In this document: positions 24,953 through 37,250 of the stretch, in pieces | Layout: every line of letters begins with the position of its first letter | How positions within the stretch are numbered: position 1 is the stretch's first letter | From: Mytilus edulis | Taxonomy: Eukaryota | Assembly: GCF_963676685.1 (NCBI RefSeq) | Contig: NC_092351.1 | Coordinates: forward strand, 26,288,001-26,352,000 | Length of the DNA: 64,000 nt | Direction: 5' to 3' | Translations under genes and position numbers: made by a program | Notes under the pieces: model-generated | The model's database searches: none | What the model was told of the DNA's origin: nothing | The model's input: only the letters and a program-made list of their open reading frames with translations

Positions 24953-25838
24953 CTGTAAATATAAACATGTCTTCACCATTATAATAATAAATACAGACAA
25001 TAAGCTTGATTGAGTACACCCCATTCATTTATAGTTTTTAAATATTCTTGAACGACAAATAGTATACTGTCATCAGAGAGAGTTTTTTCAGGCAAAATAA
25101 AGTAAGATTCAAGATATAAAATCTTCCTTTAAGCTGCTCTTATAGAGTTGGTCTACACTTCTGTCCCTTTTTTGGGGTGCAGCTATCATGTCTTGCTTGA
25201 CCCACAAAATTTTTAACCACAAATGTTTACTTTACAAAAGAAGATGATGTTGTTTCACATGTACTAACAATGAAATTTTGTGTAAATTCACAAAAAAAAT
25301 CAAGGGAATTTTTTATTACAATAATTCTCAACTTATCATCACGTCTCGTTTTTACAGTTGTTTACAGCTGACTTTTCCTATTTAGAGGTTAATGGGTAAT
25401 ATATAGTATTAAATTCAAGTGTTATATTCATTTCAATTACCAAGCCACTTAAGATTATGGTCTGTGCTGCCCTCTATCAATATCAAATTATTACTATAAC
25501 AATAATTGAATATCTGGATTGCTCACCACAGTATGCCATTAGAGATAATCAACCCTGAACTTACTGGTAATGACTTAGAACACTAATATCTTCCCTATAA
25601 TCATTTGGTTCAAAGCTAAATGGTTTTCCTACAGATGATTTGATTTATGAATGACAGATGTAAACTGTGACCAGAGATCATTAATTCATATCTGCTGCTA
25701 TGCATAAGACATTTTTTTTAGTAGGAAAACATAACATCTTTTTATTGTTATATCACTGAAACTGTTGGATTGCCTCCCCTTGTCTTGCTTTTGTAGACTT
25801 ATGTTGAAAGTGAGACATAACAACCCTAGACACCTAAC

Positions 25839-26018
25839 CTTTGCCTATATCAGTTTCCTCCACATAGCTTCCAGGGAACCAGCCTTCTTTATCCTTTATC
25901 CTGCCCTTCCACCACCCATTTCCTCTCTTTTCTATCAAGGTCACAACATCACCAAGGTCAAGATTAAGTTGGCTGTCTTCCTGGGCTGTGTATGGGTACA
26001 GTACATGGTATAGTACAT
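25839..26018 (-). CDS. Exon encoding SH3 domain 1
   Basis: YHVLYPYTAQEDSQLNLDLGDVVTL...GWWKG...EGWFPGSYVE is a canonical SH3 pattern; TTTCAG / AAAG|GTTAGG, phase 1 to 1. Confidence 0.93.
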
Positions 26019-27050
26019 CTGAAATCAAATTTTACAAACTGTGATGACTATTGGATTGACAATTATTTTGTATTCTCTATAAAGAATAAATACATGTGCC
26101 ATTAATTTTACCTCAACTAATTTATTATAGTTGGAAAAGAATGAACATTTTTTGATTGTTTAAGTTGCAATGCCTATTAAAGACCTTCTTCTTTATGTTT
26201 TGTTGTTTTCAAAAAATAGTTCACTAACAGTAGTTTAATGTAGCTCATTCAATGTCAATGCCCTCAGTTCATTTTGTATCAAACAATCAAACATAAGAAG
26301 CATATGGCATATGGTCCAGAGACCTTTACCCTTAAACTGTAAAATTCAAAATATCTACTAGGAATTAGAATTGGAAAACTTTTTGTAAAACCTTATAAAA
26401 GACCAAAGAATCTGGAACAAAAATTAAAAAGAAGTTCACCTGCAAGTTAAAAAATTAAATCAGTGATATAAATCATTATGGACAACAGTTACAAAATATT
26501 GTGTATTCATTATCTATCTAAGGCATCAGGCCCTGGGTCATGGACATCACACATTAAAGAAAATAATTAGTATAATATATTGTCACACCTAAGGCATTAA
26601 CAAGTTTTTAAATATTGCTTAAAATGAACAGAAAATAATGGTTTGAAACAAAAGTCATAAAAGCAGCTTAATAAAACCAAATGTTTGTCAAATGTAAAAA
26701 GCTGCAAGACAAAAAGCTCTGGGAACCATTTTTTTTTAGATGTATATAATAATCACTGTATATCTGGAAAAAAGAACTTCCTTGAGATGTAATATTTTAA
26801 GAAGTACCGGTACAGATTTCATCGTGGATTGAGATCAGATTACAAAAAATACCCTGAAAAAACTTCTTATATTACATCAAAGGCATCACAATATGTGTTT
26901 TGCAATACCCTTTGTTAAAAGTTGCCAAGTGTTTCTAGTGATCAAATCAAAAACATGGAAAACATGAAATTACACTTGTGAGAGAACTTTGTTTATAAAG
27001 TGTAAGCATACCTCCTAATCAATACACAAATGAAATCAACATTTACTTAC

Positions 27051-27194
27051 CATAGGCGGATCCGAAAAAAAAAAAATGGGAAAAAATTGGTTGATTATAT
27101 AGAGAATCATTGAAGCATGACTGGAGCGGGCCCCCCCTTAGGTCAGTCAGCGACCCCCCCCTCCCCCTTAGGAAAAGTTCTGGATCCGCCACTG
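27051..27194. mobile_element. hAT-like MITE, 5-bp TSD subfamily
   Basis: CATAGGCGGATCC ... GGATCCGCCACTG ends flanked by CTTAC on both sides. Confidence 0.8.
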
Positions 27195-28521
27195 CTTACA
27201 CATTAAAGATAACCAGCATCGTTCAATTATCTATTAAGAATTCTTATCTTTTGTCAAAAAGTAATTTTAGAGTTACATGTAAGAAGAATAACAAATTAAA
27301 ACATGAAAATTAGACTTAAACCTGCCCCTTTTTCTAATGTGAAACATATATATGTTTATATATATGTTACAAGAATTTCCACTGCTTAATTCTTAACCCT
27401 TGTCATCGGCAGATTAAATGATTAAAAAGTATGTTAAAAGATTTGATTAGTGCCATTATCCAAAGCAACTGTTTACAATAAATTAAAGAAGAATATTTGA
27501 CAATTACTTGAGTCAGCTATGATCACATAGTATGAAGAACAGCCTTATGTTCAATCAAATCATAATCTTGCTAAACACATGTAAAGATGATAAATTGTAA
27601 ATATTTCTTGGTAACATACTTTCTTACAATTAGCAGGCAGTAAATTGTTCAAAGATAACTGGTTTTCATTAATTTAACATAAAACGCAATATTCTCAAAG
27701 CTGACATATGAACATTGCTTTCCTGGAAATTTTCTGCTATTTAATTTGTAATGATGATCTAGTAATACAGGTGCTTTAAAATCAGTGAGTCATGGGGGTC
27801 TGTTATTGTTATACTAATGATACTATCTAAAACCTGAATCAGAGGGGTAGAGAGAGTGGTTCTTCTCCAATGGTGAACTCTAGGAAGTAAATCATTAGTT
27901 TAAATATTCCCTTGCACATATTCCCTAAGGTTTCAATTTGGACAGATTATATACATTAGCAAGAAGAGGAATTACACCAGTGAATGTCATGTGATAGAAG
28001 TACCAGCAGCTCCAGACTTAGAACTAGGAAAGGAGAGCATTTAAAAAAGAAGATTTGGTATAACTGCCAATGAGACAACTCTCAACAAGAGACCAAACGA
28101 CACAGAAATTGACAATTATAGGTTACCATACGGCCTTCAACAATGAGCAAAGCCCATGTCTGACACTGATAAAAAAGAGAGAAATAGTCTTGGCAGCTCA
28201 GGTACAGATGAGTTTTGATATATATATTGTGTCGTTTCGGAACTGATATATAATATAATTGAAATTTTCATTTATATTATATATCAGTTCCTATAATCTG
28301 TAATGAAAAATCATCTTTGTTTTCTAAAAATAAAATCATAGCTTTATATATTGATTGATTATTACTAAAAAAGAACTATTCACCAGACACAAAAATGATG
28401 CAAATATAATCAACTATAGTTCGTTATACATCCTTTATAAGAAGAAGCAAAAGACTTATTAAAAAAATATCTAATATGAAGCTATAACAGACCCAGATAT
28501 GGCAAAAGGTAAAATCGAATA

Positions 28522-28824
28522 AACAAGAATGTGTCCTCAGTACACGAATGCCCCACTCGCACTATCATTTTTCTATGTTCAGTGGACCGTGAAATTGGGG
28601 TAAAATCTCTAATTTGGCATTAAAATTAGAAAGATCATATCATAGGGAACATGTGTACCAAGTTTGAAGTCGATTGGACTTCAACTTCATAAAAAACTAC
28701 CTCGACCAAAAACTTTAACCTGAAGCGGGACAGACGGACGAACGGACGAACGAATGGACGGACGAACGGACGCACAGACCAGAAAACATAATGCCCCTCT
28801 ACTATCGTAGGTGGGGCATAAAAA
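28522..28824 (+). mobile_element. Complete short HINE/Helentron-type element
   Basis: AACAAGAATGTGTCC start, ATGCCCC sub-terminal repeat, GGAC/GAAC microsatellite, terminal hairpin ATGCCCC-TCTAC..GTAG-GTGGGGCAT. Confidence 0.8.
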
Positions 28825-30901
28825 GAAAATCAATGGCCTGATTTATGACAAAAATTTAATTGAAAAACAAAAATATCAAATAGCAACCAATGGCTACTTT
28901 AATCACAACCCTTTAGTATTGGGATAGGTACATAAAAAATATGGCAGGAGCCTGGTTAATCATGTTATTTCATATTATACCTAATATAACTAAGCAAACA
29001 CCAAAGTTGTACAAATACACCAAAACTAATAATGAACTAAAAGTATATTGTATTCATAAACTGGTTACTATTGGTCTGTTTTTGTATTCTAGTGACTGCT
29101 TTACAAAATGTCAAATTAGACTTTAGAGTTCTTCTCAATGTTAAATTATGGTAAATATGGTGGACCTCCATACATCCCTAATTTTTGTTTTTCAGTATTT
29201 GGATTTCTGTGTAATCTTTTATAAACTGATGTTTGTCTTTATATCATTTTGCTTTTGGCCATAGTAATTGTCTTCCACTTCTGATTTTTTGGTACCTCTT
29301 CCATGTTTCCTCCCATTTTATCAAATTCAAAGACACAAAAAATGCTTCATTACAATATTACTTCCTGTTTAGAGTTAAAATTATTGTTTTGTTCATCTTT
29401 GAGCTTCAGTATTTGTGTGTGTTCTTCTGCATGAAAAAACAAACTTTATTGACTTGTATACTATGCAAAATTAAATAAATTTGTACTTAAATATTTTTGA
29501 TAAGGAAATGTGCTATAAATCTATTTTCTCTATGATACAGTATGTATATCTGTCTTAGTAAATCTGATGAATAATTCTGATTTAAATAAAAGATAAAAAT
29601 AAGATGTATGATTTCCCTTGATATTGAACATGGTGAAAGGAAATTCCACAAACAACAAAAGCACTTTAGATTATCAAATCAGATCAGATTTTACTTTCCC
29701 AGACATAAAATGGAATGATTTCAATAATGTTAATACCACCATGTCGTTTATTTCAAAGATAGATTCTGGCAAGTTTTCTAAAATGATTTGGCATACTGTG
29801 TCTTCACTAAGTCTCTGGTAGTGCTTATTTTATCTGGGGGTGTATATAAATTTACCAACTGCTATTTTAATAACAGAATGAAAATGACAAAGGAATTAAG
29901 AAAATTTAGAATTTAAAAAGTTTATTATGTAATACATTTTATTCAAATGATCATAGAGTTTGATGACATAACAATACATGTTTGACGTTGCGGATAAATA
30001 AAATGAGATATGGAGTATATATCAATTAGACAGCAACCCAACAAAGGAAATAACTGAATGCATTAATGAGCTACTTGTTACAAGGTCACTGTAAAAAACA
30101 AATAAAACCTAAAATGACAGGAACAACCTTTCTATCCTCACTTAGCAACTAAAACCTTCAATGCAATATTAAGAATTGTTCTTGCAAATTAGAATATCAG
30201 TTTTTTTTCATTGAAAATGCACCAAAAACATTATAAAAGTATGATAAACCCTCCTTAAAAGATTAATAACACAAGTATTTGTTAACTTATGTAAGTGCCA
30301 ATAACTTAATTTGTTCATTACAATTAGGTTTCAACAAGACTTTGCTCAGAGCTTTGCTCTAAGTATAGGAATTTATGAAAACTTTAAAGTAGAAAAGAAT
30401 TTTCAACAAATCAAATAGAAGTTAAATGTAATTTCTTTTTTATCCCTAGAGTGAAACCTGTGATCCCCTCTGGAGCACAGAAAAATCACTTTCAAATGTA
30501 ATTTCAAAATACATAGAAATAATTATTACATAGGGAAAAAGACAATGACCCTAGAAGACAGGTTTTTCCTTAAATGAGGTGACCTTTTTAGCAGGTTCAA
30601 TTGTACTTAATATGACATGTTTATCAATTTCACCAATATTTGTAATGTTTCCTCAATATTTCCATCATATCTAATCCTATAAACAATGTTTTTTTAAGAC
30701 CTGTCACTTTGATGGGTGTAAATAATGAGATGTATATTTAATACGATTGACCTGAATAACATGTCAATTTGACTGATAGAAAATAATAAAAAGTATAATA
30801 ATTAATGCAAATAAAATAAATAAATGTGACACTAAAAATTAAAGCAGAATAAATAGCATCTGAAAAAAAATAACAAATTCAACAACAACATATTTTTATA
30901 C

Positions 30902-30931
30902 CTATTCTATACTTCTTTTTTCCAGACCAAC
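30902..30931 (-). CDS. Candidate 30-nt microexon (GWSGKKKYRI)
   Basis: TTTTTACTTCAG acceptor, ATAG|GTATAA donor, symmetric phase 1-1, no stop, fits between exon 3 and the SH3-1 exon. Confidence 0.6.
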   Translation of the reverse strand, partial: VGLEKRSIE

Positions 30932-31416
30932 CTGAAGTAAAAACAACTTAAAAATGTTGTGCTCTCAATTAATTGTTTAAGAGTACCAAGTACAAAAAAA
31001 AAGACCAGACAATTATACTGATCAATACTGTAATATGACTCCTAAATAGATAAAGTTACTCTTTTTAGTATATTGTGTCCCTAAGTGATTTTTTTTTGCA
31101 GTACAGACATTCAACCATCACTGAAAACAATTATTGGATTCATAAATGCCATGGTATTTCGTTCAATTTAAAAAATATGGATTTCAAAAGATTGATTGTA
31201 CATGTATGAACTTTGTTAATTTAAAAAACAGAAAGTTACTTCCCTTTTCTCTTCAATTTTGAAAGATCAAATGAAATATTCAAACTATCTTTTTAATCAT
31301 ATTATCCATATTCATTGTTATCATGAAATCAAATATCCACAGGCTTTGGTCAACCATATTTAAACATATGCCTTATACTGGAAATATCAGACAAATATCA
31401 ACATTTAGGGTAATAC

Positions 31417-31552
31417 CTTTACTGGTTTTGGTCTGAACCTTTGGTGATTCTGATACTGTATCTAGTACTGAGTCAAATGTTGGTGCATAAGATATATCTC
31501 CTCTGTTACTGGCCCAAAGGTCTCCGATCTGTACGGTTTCTATGGTTTGTTG
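31417..31552 (-). CDS. Coding exon 3: juxtamembrane cytoplasmic segment (QQTIETVQIGDLW...TKTSK)
   Basis: TTTCAG acceptor, AAAG|GTATTA donor, phase 0 to 1; part of ORF 31373..31627. Confidence 0.8.
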
Positions 31553-32460
31553 CTGAAATATGTTGTAAATGAAAGTTAATAAGGTCACGCTTTTAAGATA
31601 GTTATCTCCCTTGTTTAAAGTATCCAATTTTACAGTTAAAGTTTAGGTCATACTTATGTGATAACCTAATTAAAATATATCATGCACACTGCACAGTATG
31701 TCTTTTATGCAACAAAGTTTAACTAGTGCGTTTTTTTTGGGGTGTCTGTTGATATGAAATAATTCTATTTATCAGAAAATACATCTGGCTTTGATGTAAA
31801 GCAATGTGAATTGTGCTTTTACTTTTGACTCAAATAGTGAACCAATATTTTTTTATGTCTGGGGGGGGGGGGGGAGGATAGGGTTATTTCTTGCAAGAGT
31901 TGAAAAGAGAAAGGTATTTTTTGCTTTCTTGAACATAGAGGAAAACTTATATATTAATATGCAGTAAAGTTATCTTTCTATAAGTTGAACATATTGTTTA
32001 CAAAGTTATTCTTTGATTCATAAAATCAATCAATCAGTGTATAACATTTTAAAGACAAAATGTGATAACTGTATTTGGTACTATGTACCAGGAGTTTGTT
32101 GAAATATTTCTGTCCTAGGAACCAAAAATACATATAGACTACAGCAGTTTCGGCTGTGGTTAACATAATCTGTTAAAATTTATGCATGTTATGTTTCATA
32201 GTAACACCTAGAATTTGTGACCAAAACCAAACCAATTTATTTACTAATTAACTATTCCGCATAAAAGGGTTTATGTTCAATACTCTTTGAGAATGCATGG
32301 AATATACAAAAATTCCATATATGGGTGGCTCCTTAACTTACAAAATTTCTACTCTTGATAATTATTTCAATGCACAGTTGTACCATATTTTAGCTTATCA
32401 AAGTGTCATTTCTACATACATTTATTATACTACACAATTGTATTCCAATTGAATATTTAC

Positions 32461-32576
32461 CTTTGTGCTTGATCTTTTCTTGCAACAGACAAACAAAACT
32501 ATGATTAAAAGAATGAGTAACCCAACTCCACATAATGACATTCCAAGGATTAATGTCAAGTTGTCTGTTAAAGATG
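32461..32576 (-). CDS. Coding exon 2: transmembrane helix (LTLILGMSLCGVGLLILLIIVLFVCC-KKRSSTK)
   Basis: TTTGCAG acceptor, AAG|GTAAAT donor, phase 1 to 0; hydrophobic stretch followed by CC and a basic KKR stop-transfer. Not in the ORF track. Confidence 0.9.
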
Positions 32577-32864
32577 CTGCAAATAATACGAATTTAATTT
32601 AATACAAACTTTGCAGTAATTTTTATATGAATTATTCAATTTTACAAGGTTGACATTTTCAAAAAGCGGAAGATTTCAAATTTTAACGGGAGGGACGGAA
32701 GAGGGTCTAAAAAGCGGGAGATTTTGACTCCCCCCGGAAGAATCACATGTATTCAGAATACAAGAAATTTGTAACTTTTCTCCATTAATGAATGTAATGA
32801 CAATATTTAATTCTGATAAATACAATGTTCATTGAACATGACTGGGTATGAATTATACAATATC

Positions 32865-33159
32865 TAGATATAGGAAGATGTGGTGTGAGTGCCAATGAGA
32901 CAACTCTCCATACAAATAACAATTTAAAAAGTAAACCATTATAGGTTAAAGTATTGTTATTATATTTTTTTCATGTTTAAATGTTATGCTTCATGACCTA
33001 AAGGGACACTTTTTTGGGCCCTTTATAGCTTGCTGTTAGGTGTGAGCCAAGGCTCTGTGTTGAAGATCGTACTTTGACCTATAATGGTTTACTTTTATAA
33101 ATTGTGACTTGGATTGAGATCTATCTCATTGGCACTCATACCACATCTTCTTTTATCTA
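32865..33159. repeat. Head-to-head inverted pair of an abundant interspersed repeat
   Basis: GAAGATGTGGTGTGAGTGCCAATGAGA ... TCTCATTGGCACTCATACCACATCTTC. Confidence 0.8.
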
Positions 33160-33935
33160 CCTATAAAGAATAACAAAATCCAAAATTTTAAAGAGTGCTT
33201 CCAACATAATTTATAACATTTATTAGTTCTATTTCTATTTGTGATAACTCTCAAACCATTTTCAATTCAATTGATTGAAACTTTTCATAATAATTTTATT
33301 AAAATCTATTTAGAACTGTAAGAATGAGGCAAATATTTTTCAAATAGTTAGAATTTTAAAGGGGCTTACATTCAATTGAATTTGGTTTTCAAATTTGATT
33401 GAGACACTTTTAAAATAAGTCTTTTTATGATTCTTATCAAAATCTGTTAAAAATTACAATGATCATACATTCCAAAGAAAATTTCAATCCAACTACTGAA
33501 TTTTGAACTTGATCTAATTATTGTTGCTATAAACCTTTGATGTAAATTTTATCAACATCTGTTCAGAAAAGCAAAGGTGAAAGTCATTACTGAATCAAGA
33601 TTTGTTCATATTATACTATAAAATAAATACATCAAGAACTGTCAAATATAAAACAAACTTTCACATTCTAAACTTTTGGGACTCATTTCTATTCAACTTT
33701 TTGATATTGCCTTTAAACTTTTTTGATTCGAGCTTTACTGATGAGACTTTTGTAGATGAAATGCACCTCTGACACACAAAATTTTGAGCCTGATATCTTT
33801 AATGACTTTTATTTACTAGGTCATGCAGTTAGATGGATGGACAGACACCCATCATAGCTCTTTTCCCCTCTCTTCAATGTATCGGAGGGTGAAAACAGAT
33901 TTTTGAGTTTAAGCAATTACTCTTGTAATACTTAC

Positions 33936-34464
33936 ATGGAGTGGCTGATACACTACCATTGGTGGCAGCAGTGGTTATTGGCAAGAGTGGGGGGATATAT
34001 GAAGAACTAGGATTAACAACTGATGATGACGGGGAAATGTTTGATGTCAATTGCACTGAGTCTATTCCATTTGATTTCACAGGACTTGATGAATGACTAG
34101 AAATTTTGTAGTTTGACGTTTCATATGATCCTCCAACAGAGTTCAGAGGTGGTGTGGCTGAGGTTGATAGTGGTTGAGATGTTGATGATACTGATTGTGA
34201 AATGGCATGATGAACGGTGGAGAAGGCACTATGACTTGATGCTAATGAATCTTGTAGAATAGTCGTGGATGGGACATCATTATGTAGTGTCGCTGACGAC
34301 CCTGAAAGTAATGCTGATGACCTTGAAAGTAATTCTGTTGAAGAATGCTGTGATGATGACATCTCAGATGAAAATGAGGCTGTCAAACTGATAACATCTC
34401 CATGGAACACAGTTTGTGTACTAGTTAATGAACTTGTGTCACTTTCGGTTGCATTAACTGCCAT
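33936..34464 (-). CDS. Coding exon 1: Ser/Thr-rich mucin-like ectodomain (MAVNATESDTSS...SVSATP)
   Basis: ATG at 34464 with an in-frame TAA just upstream; S/T-rich sequence with N-glycosylation sequons (NAT, NIS, NGS); donor T|GTAAGT at 33935, phase 1; likely acceptor TTCAG near 34624 for the 5' UTR part. Confidence 0.8.
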
Positions 34465-35248
34465 TTTCACTTATTGCGAGGTTTTAATTTGTAAATTCCT
34501 AAAGAACAATTTCACGTCATTGTAAGAATTCCTTGGTATTATAACAAGCCACAATGTACTATCCATAATCAAATCCAGTTATCATGCCATAAGGTGGCCA
34601 TTCCTAATCATGACTTTCATTTTCTGAAGAAGAAGAAACAACAGTAAACATTTTTACATATATACATAAATACCAAGAAACTTGTTTTGCATGCACATGA
34701 TTAAAAAATGTGGTTTTCATCCACGCAATCATAGATTTGAACGTTGTTTTCAATTAAGACTTTCTTACATATATATTGTGGATTTCATCTTTGAAGAAAA
34801 AACTCCCTTTATGAGAAAACTTCACATCTGAACAAATCAATTACATAATCAATAAACCTTGAAAGGTCATATCTTACAAATTTTCTGGTATTTTAGATAT
34901 ACAGATACTAAAAAGGCAACTGTATATATCTAGTAATTACGTTCTCTTCTGCTGATCTAATGAAAAGACTATAAAATAATTTGAAAGTAAATGTACCATT
35001 CCTAATTTAGCAACATAAAAAAACCCTGTAAACTTGAAAGATGTAATGAAATAAATTCTATCACATGGTTAATTATTTAAAGAGCTTATGGTACTAAAAA
35101 CAATCAAATAAAATTTTAGCTATATTTACAATTATATCAAAACTTAATAGAAAATGACTAATTGGGTGAGGAATAACAAGCATGGAAATAAAACTTACAC
35201 AACATAATGTAGCGCAACATGACTTTTTTGTACCTCCATTAGTGTATA

Positions 35249-35986
35249 TCTATAATACTAAAATTACGAGGTCCAATTTGTCAGCCGTCATCACGTAAAA
35301 ACGACGAATCAAAGAATTCAACTTTATATACAACTAATATAGTACAAAGGTGTACATTAAAAATTACACCACTCCAGGTCCTTTTGTTTTCCACGTAATT
35401 AATATTGCCAATAATTAGGAAGTTCCGGGTCGAGTCCGATACCGATACCAATATTATAATCACCTGTTACCTATTACCTTATCTGTACGTTCCGCGTCTG
35501 ACAGGCGCACCACCAAACGGTGTATTCGGGATTAATATGCTATATACACAGGTCATAATCACAGGGTTGACACTACTAAATTGTCAAATGTTACCTATTG
35601 TAGTATTTTAATCCGTAAGACTTTCTAAGATAACAATACGAATACTAAAAATCTGGACTAAAAATAAGTTTCAATTTGTAAGCGGGCATGACGTCAAACA
35701 GCGAATCAAAGAATTCAACTATATCTATAACTAATATACGACAATGCTGTTGATTAAAAAATACTCCATTCAAGGACCTTTTGTTTTCCAAATAATTAAT
35801 ATTACCAATAATTGATAAATTCCAGTTCGACGGGTTCAAACAGAAAGATTTGAAAGCAGAGAAAATTGTGTATCTTATAATCGGCATGACTTTATCAGAT
35901 GACAGTACTAATACTAAAATAAGGCTTGCGCATAGTTATATACTTTAATTCAGTCACGGACCCGTGATATCACGGGTGTGTTCTAG
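35249..35986 (+). mobile_element. Non-autonomous Helitron
   Basis: A|TC 5' end; ACCCGTGATATCACGGGT hairpin at 35960-35977; CTAG|T 3' end; internal ~397-bp duplication; CpG-rich. Confidence 0.88.
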
Positions 35987-36419
35987 TATTGTTTAAAGAA
36001 TTTAAAACGATTTTTAAGTAAACAATTTTTTTTGGATAAAATATTACCATAAATGTCAAAAATAACAATGTAATTTCATTTTTTGTTCCTGTTTTAATAC
36101 ATAAACATACCTTTCATTCCATTGTGTAATTAGTTTATATAAGTACCATCATATAAAAGTACTGACCCACTCTATTTAATATTTCCTGTTTTAATATATT
36201 ATTTCCTAATAGAATTATGGACCAAAATAGACTTTTATCTCAATCTTCCGTCAGTTCATAAAGTATAGACAGCTAAACAAATAATCACTAGAATCAATTG
36301 TAATATTACTAAAAATGATTACTCTTCTGTTTATATTCAATAAATGTAAGAGATGATTTTTCAAAATGAGATGACATGGTTCAAGGGAAAAAATAACCAT
36401 TATATATAACTTCTACAAG

Positions 36420-37250
36420 ATTTGGTCTCTGGTGGATAGTTATCTCATTGGCAATCATACTCATTGTTGAAGGCTGTGCAAAACCTATAGTTGTTAATTT
36501 CTGTGTCACTAGGTCTCTTGTGGAAATTATCTCATTGGCATTCAAACCGCATCTTCTTCTTTGTTATTTAAAATTAATGTACTAACATATAGCCTTTTAG
36601 CTGACTGTGATATGTATTTTGTTCATTGTTGAAGGATGTGTAGAACATATAGTTGTTAATTTCTGTGTCACTAGGTCTCTTGTGGAGAGTTATCTCATTG
36701 GCAATCATACTGCATCTTCTTTGATATTTTGAATAAATATACCAACTTGAGCTTTTTATAGATGAATATGGGATATGGACTTGGCTCATTGTTGAAGGCC
36801 ATACAGTGACCTATAGTTATTAACTTCTATATCATTTAGTGTCTTGTAGAAAGTTGTTTCATTGGCAATCATACCAAATCTTCTTATCTGTATATTGTGG
36901 TATAAACATACTTACCTATAGCCTTTTATAGCTGATTATGTGGTATGGGCTTGCTTATTGTTAAAGGCCGTACGGTGACCTATATTTGTTAACTTCTATA
37001 TCATTTGGTGTTTTGTAGAGAGTTGTTTCATTGGGAATCATACCACATATTTTTATCTATATATTGTTTAATAAACACTTACATATAGCCTTTTATAGCT
37101 GACTATTCGGTATGGGATTTGCTCATTGTTGAAGACCGTACTGTGACCTACAGTTATTATAAACTTCTATATCATTTGGTGTCTTGTAGAGAGTTGTTTC
37201 ATTGGCAATCATACCACATATTTTTATCTATATATTGTGGAATAAATATA
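36420..37250 (+). repeat. Tandemised copies (~165 bp) of an abundant interspersed repeat (dispersed copies also at ~9705, 15500, 22380, 28050, 45710, 62400)
   Basis: Recurrent CTCATTGTTGAAGGCC..TGACCTATAGTTGTTAA..TCTCATTGGCAATCATACCACATCT. Confidence 0.85.

Larger units (their letters stand above)
1998..34464 (-). other. Multi-exon gene: single-pass (type III, N-out) membrane adaptor with mucin-like ectodomain, 4 SH3 domains, long Pro-rich tail and PDZ-binding C-terminus (~1,386 aa core, ~1,402 aa with microexons)
   Basis: All exons listed below have canonical AG/GT boundaries and their phases chain into one open frame from ATG 34464 to TGA 2000-1998. Confidence 0.85.

Noticed and set aside
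34265-34525. Acidic + strand ORF
   Set aside because: Antisense shadow of the Ser-rich exon.
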